From Macrostomum lignano (taxonomy: Eukaryota): 64,000 nucleotides of DNA. Every line of letters begins with the position of its first letter. The first letter of the stretch is position 1. The notes under the pieces were generated by a model. The model made no database searches, was not told where the DNA came from, and saw only the letters and a program-made list of their open reading frames with translations. Position numbers and translations under genes: made by a program. This document shows positions 22,611-35,415 of the stretch, in pieces. The stretch covers positions 210,047-274,046 of the forward strand of contig NIVC01001524.1 in assembly GCA_002269645.1 (NCBI GenBank), read 5' to 3'.

Positions 22611-25600
22611 TACTTTACTAATAGTAATAATCTGAGAATTTTGACATACATTCATTTCAGTGTCTAAAGACCCAATTTGAACAATGCTACGACAATGACT
22701 ACCCTCCGCTGGAATTGAGAAGCCTAGCAGCCAAGGCAAAACAAGAGAAATTTTGTTGAGATTCATTGGTATAATTTTCCAGATTTATATGTGCAAACTC
22801 AATGCTTCAAGTAAATTTCAAAAAATTGCCCAACTGCAAGAAAAATTTAGTTTTTTTTTAATTTATTTTTCTCTGCTCCCACCTCAAGTAACAATACTTA
22901 ATTAATACACTACTGAAACAAAAGTACTATTGCTGAAATTTTTCATATTTAAAAAAGTTAAATAATGTTTGCTAGTAAGAGTTAAGAGTTTGCTAGTGTT
23001 TATTGTACTTTATTAGGTATAACCTATTTTTGCTTGGATTTACATTTTGACTAAGCCATTGTATTCTAAGAATGTTTCATCATTATAAGTTTTTAAGTTT
23101 ATAATACAGTTCACCAAATTATCTTTGTTTTACTTTATCTGTTTTTAATATTTTTTAAATAATAACTATGGCTATGGAAATCTAAAGAGTATGACAACAA
23201 CTATTATATTTCTGTAATTGTAGCCATAAGAGCAGCTATCTATTGTAGGCATATCTGTAGTTGCTATACAGACCTATTTTACCATATTTGCCTTAAGATC
23301 CCATAGCTGTAGCCGTAGCTATGGACTGGTAGAACACAAATTTTTCTATGCTTAATAAAGGCACATCATAAAAGCTTATGTAATGTTATAGTTTGTAGTG
23401 CCATCACAACAAGAAGTTGCCTTTTTATAGGGATCCAAAATAGGATACAATCAATGTAATGGTTTGTTCCAAGCATTTGGGCAACTTTTTAATGTTAAAT
23501 CTGTAGCACTTAAATTACCTTAGTGTTTTAGAAATTAGATAATCTTATTGAAGAGCTTGTTTAGGCATTGGTATTAGCAATCTTAGATCTTTCTGAGAAG
23601 TTGATAGATGCTAGATGAAGTAATTCTACAAAGTTCTGCCATTTCTTTGGATATCTATTGTGAATTGATCTCTAGAAAACCATAGATAAACTCAATGTCA
23701 CTCTTGGTCTATAGTTCTTGGGGTCTCCTAGATCTTGGCTCCTTTAATGTCAAAGTGCAACTATTCTTAAAGCAATTGTAGGGCCTACTACTTGTATATA
23801 GGCCTAGTCTACTCATATACTAGCAAAATGCATATTTGCTATACACATTTATATGCTACTAGTAGACTTGTGCAGCTAGTGTTTCTAAATTCTTATAGCC
23901 ATTCAGTTTAAATATAATACCACTTACTGTTGCTTGTTTGGTGGGTCATTTCATAATATTACTAAAATGTTTGCCAAAGAGAGAAACCAGTGGTAATAAA
24001 TATTGTGGTGAAAAAAAGAAATATATAACTAGCTCTATTGTGCACAAATAATTGCTACTAGCTATAGGGTAGCTATGGTAATAGCTTTAGCCATTAGAGT
24101 GATATCTATGATAGATAAAAAGCAATTTATTGCAAGAAGCTTTTGGGATACCCTTTGTTTTATAGATATGCAACCTTAAGAATCACCTAGGCCCTAGCTG
24201 TTTATATTGGCAATTATTATAGTCAGGCCTAATGTTTATATATTGTATTCATGAAAATATGAATATATATTTTCTTGTCTAAGTATCTAGAACTACACTT
24301 GGCACAATATATCTGTCAAGGAAACCTAATCTTCAATTAAATACTGAATAGACCTATGATTTGATTCCATTAATTTAATTTGTCTACTCTTTAGCCTTTA
24401 CTGCTTCAGGTTCATTGACCAGTATTGTTGCTGCAACCTATATATAGGCCTAACTCTTATTCTAATAACCTTAGCAAACATGACACAAACAGCACTAATA
24501 TTGGTATAGTGATATAGGTGTAGTAGTATGAAAGCTTCAATCTAAACAAAAATCACAAAAATGATTGTTTTAAATTAGTTGTAACGACCATGATTTCTTT
24601 TCTATTTCATATTTTCTATACTCACAATTCGAATCATTTTCTGAAATTCAGAAAGCTGACATGTTACAGCCACCTCACAAAATTTTGCTTGCAGTCAGAA
24701 AAAAAAACATTATGCTTGATTCCTGCATTCAGGCGTGCATTTAATGCACTCAGAAACAAAGCATTCTTCTAAAGAGAAGATGCAAACAAAATGACTACAC
24801 TAAATATATCTAAAAATTAAAGTAAACCTGATACAATTTACAAGCAATTAGCAAAGCATAATAGTTATCTAGGCATATACTAAAATAGTAAAGGCTGAAG
24901 GCGTACACATTTGAAGTGTATTTTTCATTCAGTAGGACTTGCATGCATGCGTTAATTTACAGTATAAACAATAGTAAACAGTGAACACCTTAATAAGTCA
25001 TCAAAGCATCAGGTCACCATTTTTGTTATCATTTAGTAAAGTTAATGAGACATCTAAAGTCTAGAGATAGCCAAAAGGTATTCTTGGGGTTAGTCCCCAG
25101 ACCTAATTTGAAATGGCTAGGGGCCTATTGACATGGTTAGATAGATTCATTCAATTTTTATGCAGATTGACATTAGGCCCTATGGCCTAGCCTAGACCTT
25201 AGTCTAAGAAAGTAGACATAATCAGTGCATTGGTGTCAATTTAAATGTCATTGTAGGCTAAATAATTTTTTCTTTGTCTATTTGGAGTTTCCTGAACCAT
25301 TACTAGGCTGCCTGGCCCTACCCTAGCCCTAACTAAAATATTCCCAATTTTGCTATCATTCTAAAACATTAAGTCTTTTAGGCCCTATGCGGCTATAGGC
25401 TATATAGTCCATACAGTAAGAAATTTCATTAAATTAAATCATCACTAATGGAGTCTCAATATAATATAGGAAAGGTATATAAGCAAGAAAATAAATTATA
25501 GATATCATTTTAGTTAACTATTGTTTAATAGACTGTAGGCCTAATTAATAACTGTTACCTATGAAAATAGTGACTTCATTATTTTAATCCTAAATAATGT

Positions 25601-25844
25601 ATTGGCCTGATATATAAATCTAAGCCTAGGTTTTTTTACACAAGTCAAAGAGTGAAATTATATGCCTTATGTCTAATTCTCTAATTTTATGGTTTAGAGT
25701 ATAATGTCTATTATTTTTATACAAACATTTTTTCATTTTTATTAAACATTACAAAAACATTTTTAATAACAAAGTAAAAATGTGAAACAATTATGTTCAT
25801 ACTTAATCATGTATATTGATTATCTATAACCACAACTACAACTG

Positions 25845-26172
25845 CATTCTGGGTTTTCTGTACACAGAGTGTGCATATGCATAAAAGTAGGTGTGGTTTA
25901 AGGGCAGTTTTATAACCATTTTTTAAATTAAATTAAAATTTAACCATGTTTAAGCTCATTTGCACTGCCTTAAAATATGAAATGAAATAACTCATATGAC
26001 TTATTAAGTCATATAGCCTATATGCCTATAGCCTTATATAAGACATGTCTATATATATTCCCAGTTTTCTGAAACAAGAGAAATTACACTCTGAGCCTTA
26101 AAATCGCACCTTGAAATTTGGCACAAGGTGCGATTTTGCACCTTGTCTCGGGCGAAAAAAACCCAGACCACA
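25845..26172. mobile_element. Short TIR element of the same family as 20714-22610
   Basis: TCTGGGTTTT ... AAAATCGCACCTTGAAATTTG ... AAAAAAACCCAGACCAC. Confidence 0.5.
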
Positions 26173-26631
26173 TTTATCAATTGATGACAATAATAACATA
26201 TAATAAAAGCTGTTATTAGTAGCAATTAATAAAACAACTAGGCTTATAACAACTGTATTAGACAATTAAGTAAACATAAACTTCCTCTATTAAATTTGGT
26301 AGTAGTAAGCTATCTGTTTTACTAGAGCCTAAAAAAAGGATTGTTTTAAAATTAAGCTAGGTTATAAGAACTTCTCAATAAGCCCAGCAGTTTTTATATT
26401 TCTGAAGTTTTGCTATAGGATTTAATATACAATACATAGATGGTTTAATATTTTTAAGAGCTTTAAGTCATAGTACCAATATAGGGCTTTCAAACTAAGA
26501 CTAGGCCTAACTAAAAGGGATTACTTGTTAGAAAGATTGTGATGCATATATAGTAATAACAACAATAATATATAGTGTCACAGGGTGCATTTCAAAGCCA
26601 AGTTGCAAATGAATGACACATTGCTAGCCAA

Positions 26632-26814
26632 TAGTGGTGGATCCAAGATTTTTAAACTAGGGGGGTGGTCCTGGGCAGATTGGCCTAGCTGTTTGGGGTG
26701 GCCCAAAATAAGCTCTAAAATAAGCCCAAAATTGCAATACGCCCCCTTATATGCAAGTTCAACCATGGCAAAAGAGAGGGGCAGCCACCCTCCCCCTCTC
26801 TGGATCTGCCACTG
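26632..26814. mobile_element. hAT-type MITE with 8-bp TSD CTAGCCAA
   Basis: TSD at 26624-26631 and 26815-26822. TIRs TAGTGGTGGATCCA / TGGATCTGCCACTG. Confidence 0.85.
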
Positions 26815-26824
26815 CTAGCCAAAT

Positions 26825-27145
26825 CTAGCTCTAGGCGGTAGAACTGGGTATGGATGATGTGGCCTAGTAGCGGAGTCACTGATGGCACAATAGGTTGCTT
26901 GGATAGACCAGGCTAGTGTAGCAATACAAAGCTGCTTTGGTCACTTGCTTATAGCCAGTCTTGAAGGCAGCACTCAGCAGGCCAGCATGCGCCATGTCAA
27001 CTTATTGTTTGAGCAACTCTATTAGTATTCAGGTCTTGGCATTGTATAGCAGGATGGTCTCAATCACCACATGGAACAATGCCATTCTGGTGGTCAAGTA
27101 GTGTATCAAACTGCAGGACTGCCCTTACAGAATGAAGGGCAGTCC
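26825..27145 (-). pseudogene. RTE-clade LINE RT relic, 3' part
   Basis: Reverse strand reads HSVRAVLQ...ALFHVVIETILLYNAKT*IL..LLKQ*VDMAHAGLLSAAF, an RTE thumb/C-terminal motif with stops. Confidence 0.7.
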
Positions 27146-30100
27146 TGTCTAATGACTCTCTTAGAAGGGTCAGCCTGATGATGGTGCGTTAAACTGAGAG
27201 GTAAACCTGAGCGTGGCGTGGGCAGACCAGCCTGCTGTTACTTGGTGGACAAGCAGGTAAGGCCACTGCCACCTCAGGATAGTGAAACTATGCTATGTTG
27301 AGGCAGAAGCTTGGCCGAAGCCTGGTTGACTGTTCAGTAATGGCGGCTAGATGCCGGGGGGCTCCAGTTCGAAAAATGGCTCCACTACTGGGGAAACCTG
27401 GTAGAGGGTGAACATTACTGATCAGGATTCCGGGCTAAAGCTTTGCTTCTAGTGCGGATGATTGTGAGGATTGTTCTGCCTTCGGATTGGGTGGCCCCCC
27501 GCACCCGGTTCAGTCTGGTGGTTCGATTCTCACCAAAGGGATCCTTGCTCCGTAGGTATGTCCTTGGAGTAGGGGGGACTTTGTTCGGATTGAAACACAG
27601 ATCAGGATCGGGCCTGTACACGCTATGGTCGGGTGCAGCTCGAACTTTAACACACTTTTTATCTAGTTGGCCTCCGCTTAGGCGGGTCCGTGTTTCGATG
27701 CGGATGTTGATGATCGCAGGGTAAAGGCACGATGGCAGAACTGGCTCGTCTTGGTGACGCCGGAGTGCTAATCCCTGTCTGACAGTGCTAGATGCCTCCA
27801 CGAGGCAAGAGTCGGGCAACGGAGTGCCGGGTATGTGTCTTTCCTCTGTTCTGGATCACCGCTTCGTCTTTTGCTCTCATCTTCAATCTGGCTTCATCTT
27901 CCTTTCACTCTCACTCTCACTCCCCTCTTCATATCATCTTCTTTTTCTTTCTACCTCTGCTCTTCTTCTTCTTCTCCTTCAAACGTACCTAGGTGCTGCG
28001 GCTGAATTCCACTGTTTAATTCGGGGGGCCTGGGTTAGCAGCCCGGGTCTTCTGTGACATCCTATTGCTACGACTAAAAATAACAATTCAGACCCGTCGG
28101 CCTCCGCTGATGGGCAAAATAGGTGTCACTCCAGGGTGATAGGTCAGGCCGGTGATGGGTACACCTGCAGCGAGTGTGACGGAAAATTTAGTACCAAAGC
28201 AGGGCTTAGCAATCATCAAAGACAGACTCATCCTGACTACTACCATAATACAAAATGCTCGGCCTTACCGGGCGCCAAAAAAAGGTGGTCAGATGAAGAA
28301 TTATATATATTAGCTAGTTTTGAAGCCAAATTTGATATTAACTTTGTTCCAGTCAACGACGCGGTGATGAAAGCAAAAATACTTCCAGGTAGAACTCTAG
28401 ATAGCATTAAGGGGGCCAGAAGAACCAAAACTTACAAATTACTTGTGGAGAAACTTAGGAACGAAGCATGTAATATAGAAAGCGATAATGATGAGATTCC
28501 AGAAGAAATTCAGTTAGCAGTTGCCACTGGCGTTAGAGGTAGTGTTGATGAGCTGAGAAAGGTTAGAAGAAAGCAATTTGACAAAAGACTAGAAAAGACA
28601 AAGAAAAACCTATCAGAGAAGTACAATGAGACTAGTAAGACGGAAACGAATCATGAAAACCAAATAAAAACAATTATAACTTCGAAAACTAACAAAAAAG
28701 ATGATTTATTACAGAGGCTAGAGGTGAGACCTTAGACAGTGGCTGGGCTTCGGGTCCTGAGGGTCCGGGTGCCTTGCCCACTATCTTCGAGTCAGGGGAG
28801 GTCGTTGGCCACTCAATTAAATATAATGTAACTGAAAATTCTGAAAACTACAAAAAAGTCAAATTAAATATGAAGACAGCTCGACGTCTGGCCTGGATTC
28901 GGGTCCGGCATCCGTTGGCCACTTGCCGAAGCTTAGCCTGGTTGGTCATGAAGGTGGCCAGACTCAAGCAGTCAGTTCATATAGTAAGATCGGCAATAAT
29001 AAAAATACTAAACAGGATATTCCAATGGAAGTGAAAAATAAAATCTGGGGCTCAGACTCAGAAGATAGCCTTGAGAATGATGACATAGATCAGCAGACTA
29101 CTATTCCTGAGAACAGTTGTCAATCTAAAACCATAGGTAGACATAGTAATGAACATCTTATTACCTGGCTCAGAGAGAATAAGTGTGAAGGACTAGGGGA
29201 CTATTGCAACAATATCTGCAAGCTCTTAGAAGAAGGAGAAAATGAAGCTACATGTAATTTAATAGAAAGTCTACTACCAACGGTTCCTGGGATCAAAAAA
29301 CCTATAATGAAAAAAAAGAAAAATTAAAAAAAGCTAAAAACAAGAAGGAAAAAAGACGTAGAGCCTTTGCAGAAATGCAAAGGATTTATGAAAAAAATAG
29401 AAAGAGAGCAGTAGAAGCAGTCTTCTCAGGGTCTTGGAAAAATTGGGATGAAGATGACGAATCTAACATTAGTGTAGAAGAGCATACTAAATTTTGGGGC
29501 AATCTCATCTCAAATCCTTCAGGTACAGATGGGAGGCTGATTAAGCCTATTTGCGAGCCTATTACCAGTTTAGCCAACCCGATTAAATTAGAGGAGGTAC
29601 ATTGGGCTGTCAAAGACTTTGGAAAGACAGCAGCGGATCCAGACGGTCTTGGGGTAGAAACTATTAAGCTAGTAGATAGGAAGGTTTTAACATATTTATT
29701 TAATGGCATTATGGCTTGTGGTACAACACCAGCCTCTTTCAAACACTCGAGAACAATACTTATTCCAAAAGTAGACAAACCAGCGTCACCAGCAGAATTT
29801 AGACCGCTTTCCATAGGCAACCTTATTTGTAGATCTTTCCATAAGATCTTAGCTAGACGGCTTGCTGCAGAGGTCAGTATTAGTAGTGTCCAGAGAGGCT
29901 TTAAACTAGGTTTAGACGGGGTTGGCACAAATCATTTCCTAATTGAAAACCTTCTAGCCGAGGCCAGAGCTGGTAACTCACCTCTGTTCTTGGCCTTCCT
30001 AGACCTAAAAAAAGCCTTTGATTCAGTCAACCACCCTACTTTAATTAGAGCAGCTAGAAGAGTTGGTATACCAGAATTATTAATTAAATATCTAGATAAT

Positions 30101-32445
30101 CTATATACTAATACCACTGATATTTTTGGTGCTACTACCAAGTTAGGAAGGGGAGTCAAACAAGGCGACCCTTTGTCACCTATTCTATTTAACTTTGTTA
30201 TTGATGAAGTACTTGGCACACTCGACCCGCACATAGCCTTTCCAATTGCTCAAGAAAGAGTTAACTCTGCAGCATTTGCTGATGATATGGCTATCTGCGC
30301 GTCGACTGAAGCCGGATTGAATAATCATCTTAAAACTTTTGAAGAGGCCCTTGCTCCAACCAGGCTCAATGTCAACATCAAGAAAAGTGCTACTATCTCG
30401 ATCGTGTGGGACGGAAAAAATAAAAGATGGCTCAATAATCAAGATAAAATTTTTAAAATCTATAATCAGGAACTTCCTAGAATCGGCCTTCAAAACAGTT
30501 ACAAATATTTGGGTATCGAACTCAATGCCAAGGGGCAAGTTAAATCGGGACTTAATGTATTGAAAGACATGCTAGCCAAACTCAAACTCGTTGCCCTCTT
30601 AGGCCTCAGCAACGTATGTATTTCCTCTCTACCAATATTATTCCTAAGGTTAACTACATTCTTACTAACGGCAGAATACATAAAAAAACTCTGCTAGAAG
30701 CTGATATCTTAGTTAGGAAGTGGGTTATCAATGTGCTCAGACTGCCTAAAGATACTCCGTCACCTATGATTCATGCCAGAGTTCGTGACGGAGATCTGGG
30801 TATCAACTCCTTCACTACATGTATTCCGTATTTTAAAAATATAAAATTTAGTAGTCTTATTAACTGTAGCGACTCTCTTATTAGCCAAATAGCGAACCAA
30901 CCTAAGTTTGCCAACAAATTTAAACTAGATAAGTCTTTATGTGTTTTTAATGGAATGAACAAAATTCATCTTTATTGGAAAGAGAAACTTAACAACACTA
31001 TCGATGGCAGAGGCCTTGCTGACGCCGCCAAAGTCCCTTTCGTACACGATTGGGTTTCCGAGGGCTCCAGCATCGTCTCCTATGAAATGTACGTTAAATG
31101 CCTCAAAATTAGATTGAACCTCTGGCCTACCAGGGCCCGTGCGTCCAGGGGAAGAGGCCGAGCGCCCAATTGTGATGCCGGATGCCGCAGGATTGAGGGC
31201 TTGGGGCACATTTTGCAAAGCTGCAACCGTACTTTTGACAAGAGAAACTTTAGGCACCACAAAATTGTGGACTATATTTTTGATAAACTTGAATCTAGAG
31301 CGTACCAACCTATAAAAGAGCAGTTAATTTCTACTAATGAAGGGGGCCGCAGACCAGACCTGATTTGGAGAAGGGGCAATACCACCTGGATAGGGGATGT
31401 CTCAATAGTTTCTGATGCGGGTCTGGGAATTGGGATCATGGACAAGGCAGCTAACAACAAAAGCAATTATTATAATAAGCCTTGCATCAAAAAGTGGGCG
31501 CAGGATCACTATTGTATCGAATCACCTGATCAGTCTGGATTCAAAAGCGTAGGCCTAATTTGGAATTGGAGGGGATGTATGGAGAAAAAAACTGCACAAA
31601 TTTTGTCTAGCCCAGGATTCACGAAAGCAGAAATGAAACTTATGTCTATAATGGTACTCAAAGGTGGTGTCTATGCAGTGGAGGTATTTCATAGGAGGAC
31701 TGTAAATTACGGCATTCTTTCCAAAGGTTAAATGTTGCTTGGGGTCCATAATATTACTTCTTAGGTACTAACTTCTCCAACTTTCGAACTATTTGTTTTA
31801 ACTTTGTTTAATAGTCCTATGTAATCATTAGCTATTATGTCTAACTTATTTAATTTGTCACACTCTCCACTGTTTGGCGTGGCTTTGCACTTGCTCATAT
31901 GACGGGGGGCTCCGCGCCTCCCCAACATGGCCCGTCTCCTTTGGAGTTTTGTATGGGTTTGCCGGTTTCAGGCCAGAAAACTGGACAGACTGTGGCTATG
32001 CTTTCGGGTGGTGTGTGCTGGTCCCCCAGGTGGTAGCCAGGGGTGAGGTGTGGCGCGTGTCTGTCGTCTGGTCTTCCTTTCCTTCTCCTTTGCTGTCTTC
32101 TTCTTCACTTTTTCAATTTATTGTGTTGCTTCTGCCTACCCTGTCTGCGACAGGCTCTGGGCCATTTTAATGTACTACTTTTTGCTTTTTCTTTTATCTT
32201 TGTCTATCCTTTTGTTTGGTTGCTGCTCTTCCTCTTTTGCTTTTGTTGTCGTTTTTTGCTGGTTGTCTTTCCTTTTTTCCATCTTCCCTTTCGGCATTGT
32301 GCGCCATCTACCTGCTGTTTTCTTCATGTTCCCTGTATCCTGTGCGCTTATTGCCTCTTTGGCATGAATGCATAATACACAGACGAAGTTTATATACTGT
32401 TGAGGTCAACTCTTAGACCACTCCGTTTGTCACGGTTACAAGACA
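27146..32445. mobile_element. 5.3 kb composite insertion splitting the RTE (TGTCT...AGACA ends), containing the R2-like element
   Basis: RTE homology stops at 27145 and resumes at 32446 with a diverged ~6-bp duplication (GCAGTC/ATAGCC). Perfect 5-bp terminal inverted repeat. Confidence 0.55.
28058..31731 (+). mobile_element. R2-clade non-LTR retrotransposon coding region (ZF-Myb-RT-CCHC-RLE), disrupted by several frameshifts/stops
   Basis: C2H2 CSECDGKFSTKAGLSNHQRQTH; Myb KRWSDEE...PGRTLDSIKGAR; RT motifs PGPDG-like ADPDG, FLDLKKAFDSV, GVKQGDPLSP, AFADD, YKYLG; CDAGC..EGLGHILQSC; RHHKI; RRPDL..GDVSI. Flanks are not rDNA. Confidence 0.9.
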
Positions 32446-33140
32446 ATAGCCAAAGCAAGCCTGCAGCAATGCTATATATCCTTATAGATGCTGGGAACCA
32501 GACCACCAAGGTAAACTAACTGCTGACAATGTGGAAGCTCTGTTACCTATCTATTAGAACCTTGGCACAAAATTACAGCCTTGATGTTGTCTTGCATGCA
32601 GAGCAAGCAAGGATAGCAAGGATAGGATAGCAAGGTGGGGTTGTCAATATAGCTAAGCATGCTGAGCTACCTTTCTGGTTGATGTCAACCCACCCATTGC
32701 TGCAATAGAAAGTCATTGTTATTGGTAGGAAAAACAATCTGTAGCACCCTATCAAGCACCAGAACAAGCAGGAATGGAGGAAGTGTATCTCCTGGAGGAA
32801 GTCTCAAAGAGGTCCAATAGGCTGTCTAGTGTTAAAATAGCTTTTGTATCATGGTACATCACTGTGATAGTGGATATAAGCTATTTTGGCATATTGTACA
32901 CATAGAGCACCTTTGGGAGCATATACCTGATGACTAGGTCAAATGGCTTCTTGAAATCTATGAAGATAACAATCAAGAATGACTGCTGTATCTGTGCTTC
33001 ATATATAATAGAACCAATATTACTTGCTAGGAAACATATTTTCAATAGTCTATATAGTTTTCTTTTCTACCAATGTTATACATTGTATACTATATAATAT
33101 TCCATGTATATATAAGATTTAAATGGAAAATTATGGGGTA
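32446..33140 (-). pseudogene. RTE-clade LINE RT relic, 5' part
   Basis: Reverse strand reads IVIFIDFKKPFD, LSYIDN (for YADD) and QLVYLGGLVP; many stops. Confidence 0.7.
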
Positions 33141-34718
33141 CTTCATGTTACTTCATTATTTGTTTTAGGCCTACTAAATTTTATCAAATAGTCAATGGTA
33201 TTCCTTGGAATAAACATGGATTCCCCTAGGCTAGAATCTGCACTTTGCATTCTTATAGGCAACCTAGCAGTATTTCAGATGACCTAATACTCATATAGGC
33301 AAATACATACAAAGACATACAATGACAATAACTGACTTATTTATATATTTTGTGTGGGTTACATTCAGGAGCCCAACTTAAAAAATATATAGAAATTTTT
33401 TTCAATATTTTTCTACAGTGGCCTATAATACCAAGGTTAATAAGAAAGGGATGTATAAATACTTCCAATTTTGGTGTAAAAAAGTTTTTATTTTCAGTCA
33501 TTTTTATAGAATTTATAGAATCAGTAAAATGTGTTTTATTTCTAATATTTTGTATCTATATATCTTTTAATCCCATCTATACATAGACAATCCTTTATTT
33601 TATTGAGTTAACTATTGTTCCACAAAATCTTACACTTTCTTATTTATAGATACAACTTGAAAATAGTCTATTCTTTTTTAAATTAGTCACCATGGCTACT
33701 GTTGGGAGTGCTAATCAGCCTGGGGACAAACTAGTAGTCAGGTGAAGGGCCAGGAGCAGGAGGCTAGAGGAGTGGCAAGTGCCCAAAGTGGTTATTTGTT
33801 ATATTTAGATAAAATGTGTCCTATCATATGAATTATTTACTATAACTAGCTTATATTTATTTATATATTTTAGGCCAGTAAAAAGCTTTATCTTGTTTAT
33901 TGTCACTTTTTCTGAGTATTTGTTGTTTTCACCTGCTAAGGGATTAATGTTACTTTTTTCAGTTTTAGTACATACAAAAAAATTATCCAGATTACTGTTT
34001 AAGTAATAAAATATTAATGAACACATTTTTCCCTCACCTTTCCAGTTCATACTAATTGAGAGGGCATAATGCTAAGCTCTAGTTGGACTGGATATGTTTC
34101 AGTTACACACAAAGCATTGAGAAAAGCATCAAAGGTAACATTCTTTTTTATATAATCATTTAAAGAATTTATTGAATTCATTATTTCATTGCATTAAGTA
34201 ATTGAGTTATTTTTTCATGTTGCTCTTGTAATAGTACACAAATGCCCAAAGTGTAAGTACATGTTTGCACTATCATGACTTATATTGTAAGAACTGATAA
34301 GTGTGTGTGGCATTCTGAAATCTGTACTATCTCTGCAGTTGAGATTAACAGTAGGAACCAAGCCATTTTGTACCAAGCCATTTTTCCACCCATCGAACTA
34401 CCAAGAGGGGGGAGGGGGAATTCCTATTCTTGGAATCTGGCAGAATTCCCCTCCCCCCTATGACATTTTTTGCTGCACCAGAATGGAGCAACACAGGCAC
34501 ACAAAATTCAAGAACATGGGCCAACGTTTTGTTGCACACCTTCTCAAACAAGAATCAAGTTGCCAGCCCTCCAGACTGTTGAGATATTTGATGATTCTGC
34601 CAGAAGGTTGGATTTTTCTCATAAGCGCTAGTGTATTCAGTATACCCCTGTGTGCCAATCAGCACTGTGCCTCAGCACAGCCTTGCAATGCCTTTAAATT
34701 TCATCAGAACATTGACTA

Positions 34719-35415
34719 CACGTGTCTGCATCAGCTCTGACTTTGTTGGTCATTAACCTTCACCCAGATGGAGCTTCTGGACCTTCAACAGGTGGCACCA
34801 AATGACTATGGACACCCTGATACAAATTTCACAAGTTTTGCTAATCAAGCCTTGACAGTGGGCAAGCCTCAACTGCGGGACAGCCTTAGCTAGTCTCTCA
34901 AGCATTTAGTCATCACTCGGACGCTGTTGGCACCTTCAACAGGTGGCATCAGATGACTATGGACATCTCTTCTGTCTTAAAAGTTACTAATTTTTTTAAA
35001 AATTAAATAAAATCATACATCTAGGTGTTCATAGTCATGATTCCCTTCCTTGAAAGTGCCAATGATGGCTGAATGATGACAGAATGCTTGAGAACCTAGT
35101 TGACAATGCCTAGCAGTTGAGGTTTGCCCATTATTGAAACTTGATAAGAAAAAAAAGACAAAGTTGCAAAAGGATGTTCATAGTCATCTGTTGCCACCTG
35201 TTGAAGGTGCCAACGGCGTTGGGGTGATAACAGAATGCCCGAGAGATTAGCTGAGGGTGTCCAGAAGTTGAGGCTTGCCTATTGTCAAGGCTTGATCAGT
35301 GAAACTTTGCATCAGGGTGTCCATGGTCACTTGGTGTCATCTGTTGAAGGCCCAGAAGCTCCGTCTGGGTGAAGGTTAGTGACCAACAAAGTCAGAGCTG
35401 ATGCAGACACAAGTG
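34719..35415. mobile_element. Foldback/MITE-like element with ~250-bp imperfect inverted arms
   Basis: GTGTCTGCATCAGCTCTGACTTTGTTGGTC... at the left end is mirrored by ...GACCAACAAAGTCAGAGCTGATGCAGACAC at the right end. A further subunit copy lies at about 35020-35125. Confidence 0.8.

Noticed and set aside
27415-27819. 134-aa minus-strand ORF
   Set aside because: No recognisable motif. It lies inside the composite insertion and is probably a gag-like relic or a chance ORF.
27990-28050. Possible HDV-like ribozyme at the R2 5' end (TTCCACTG loop-like motif)
   Set aside because: Could not build consistent P1 and P3 stems or a canonical J4/2. A cmsearch would be needed.
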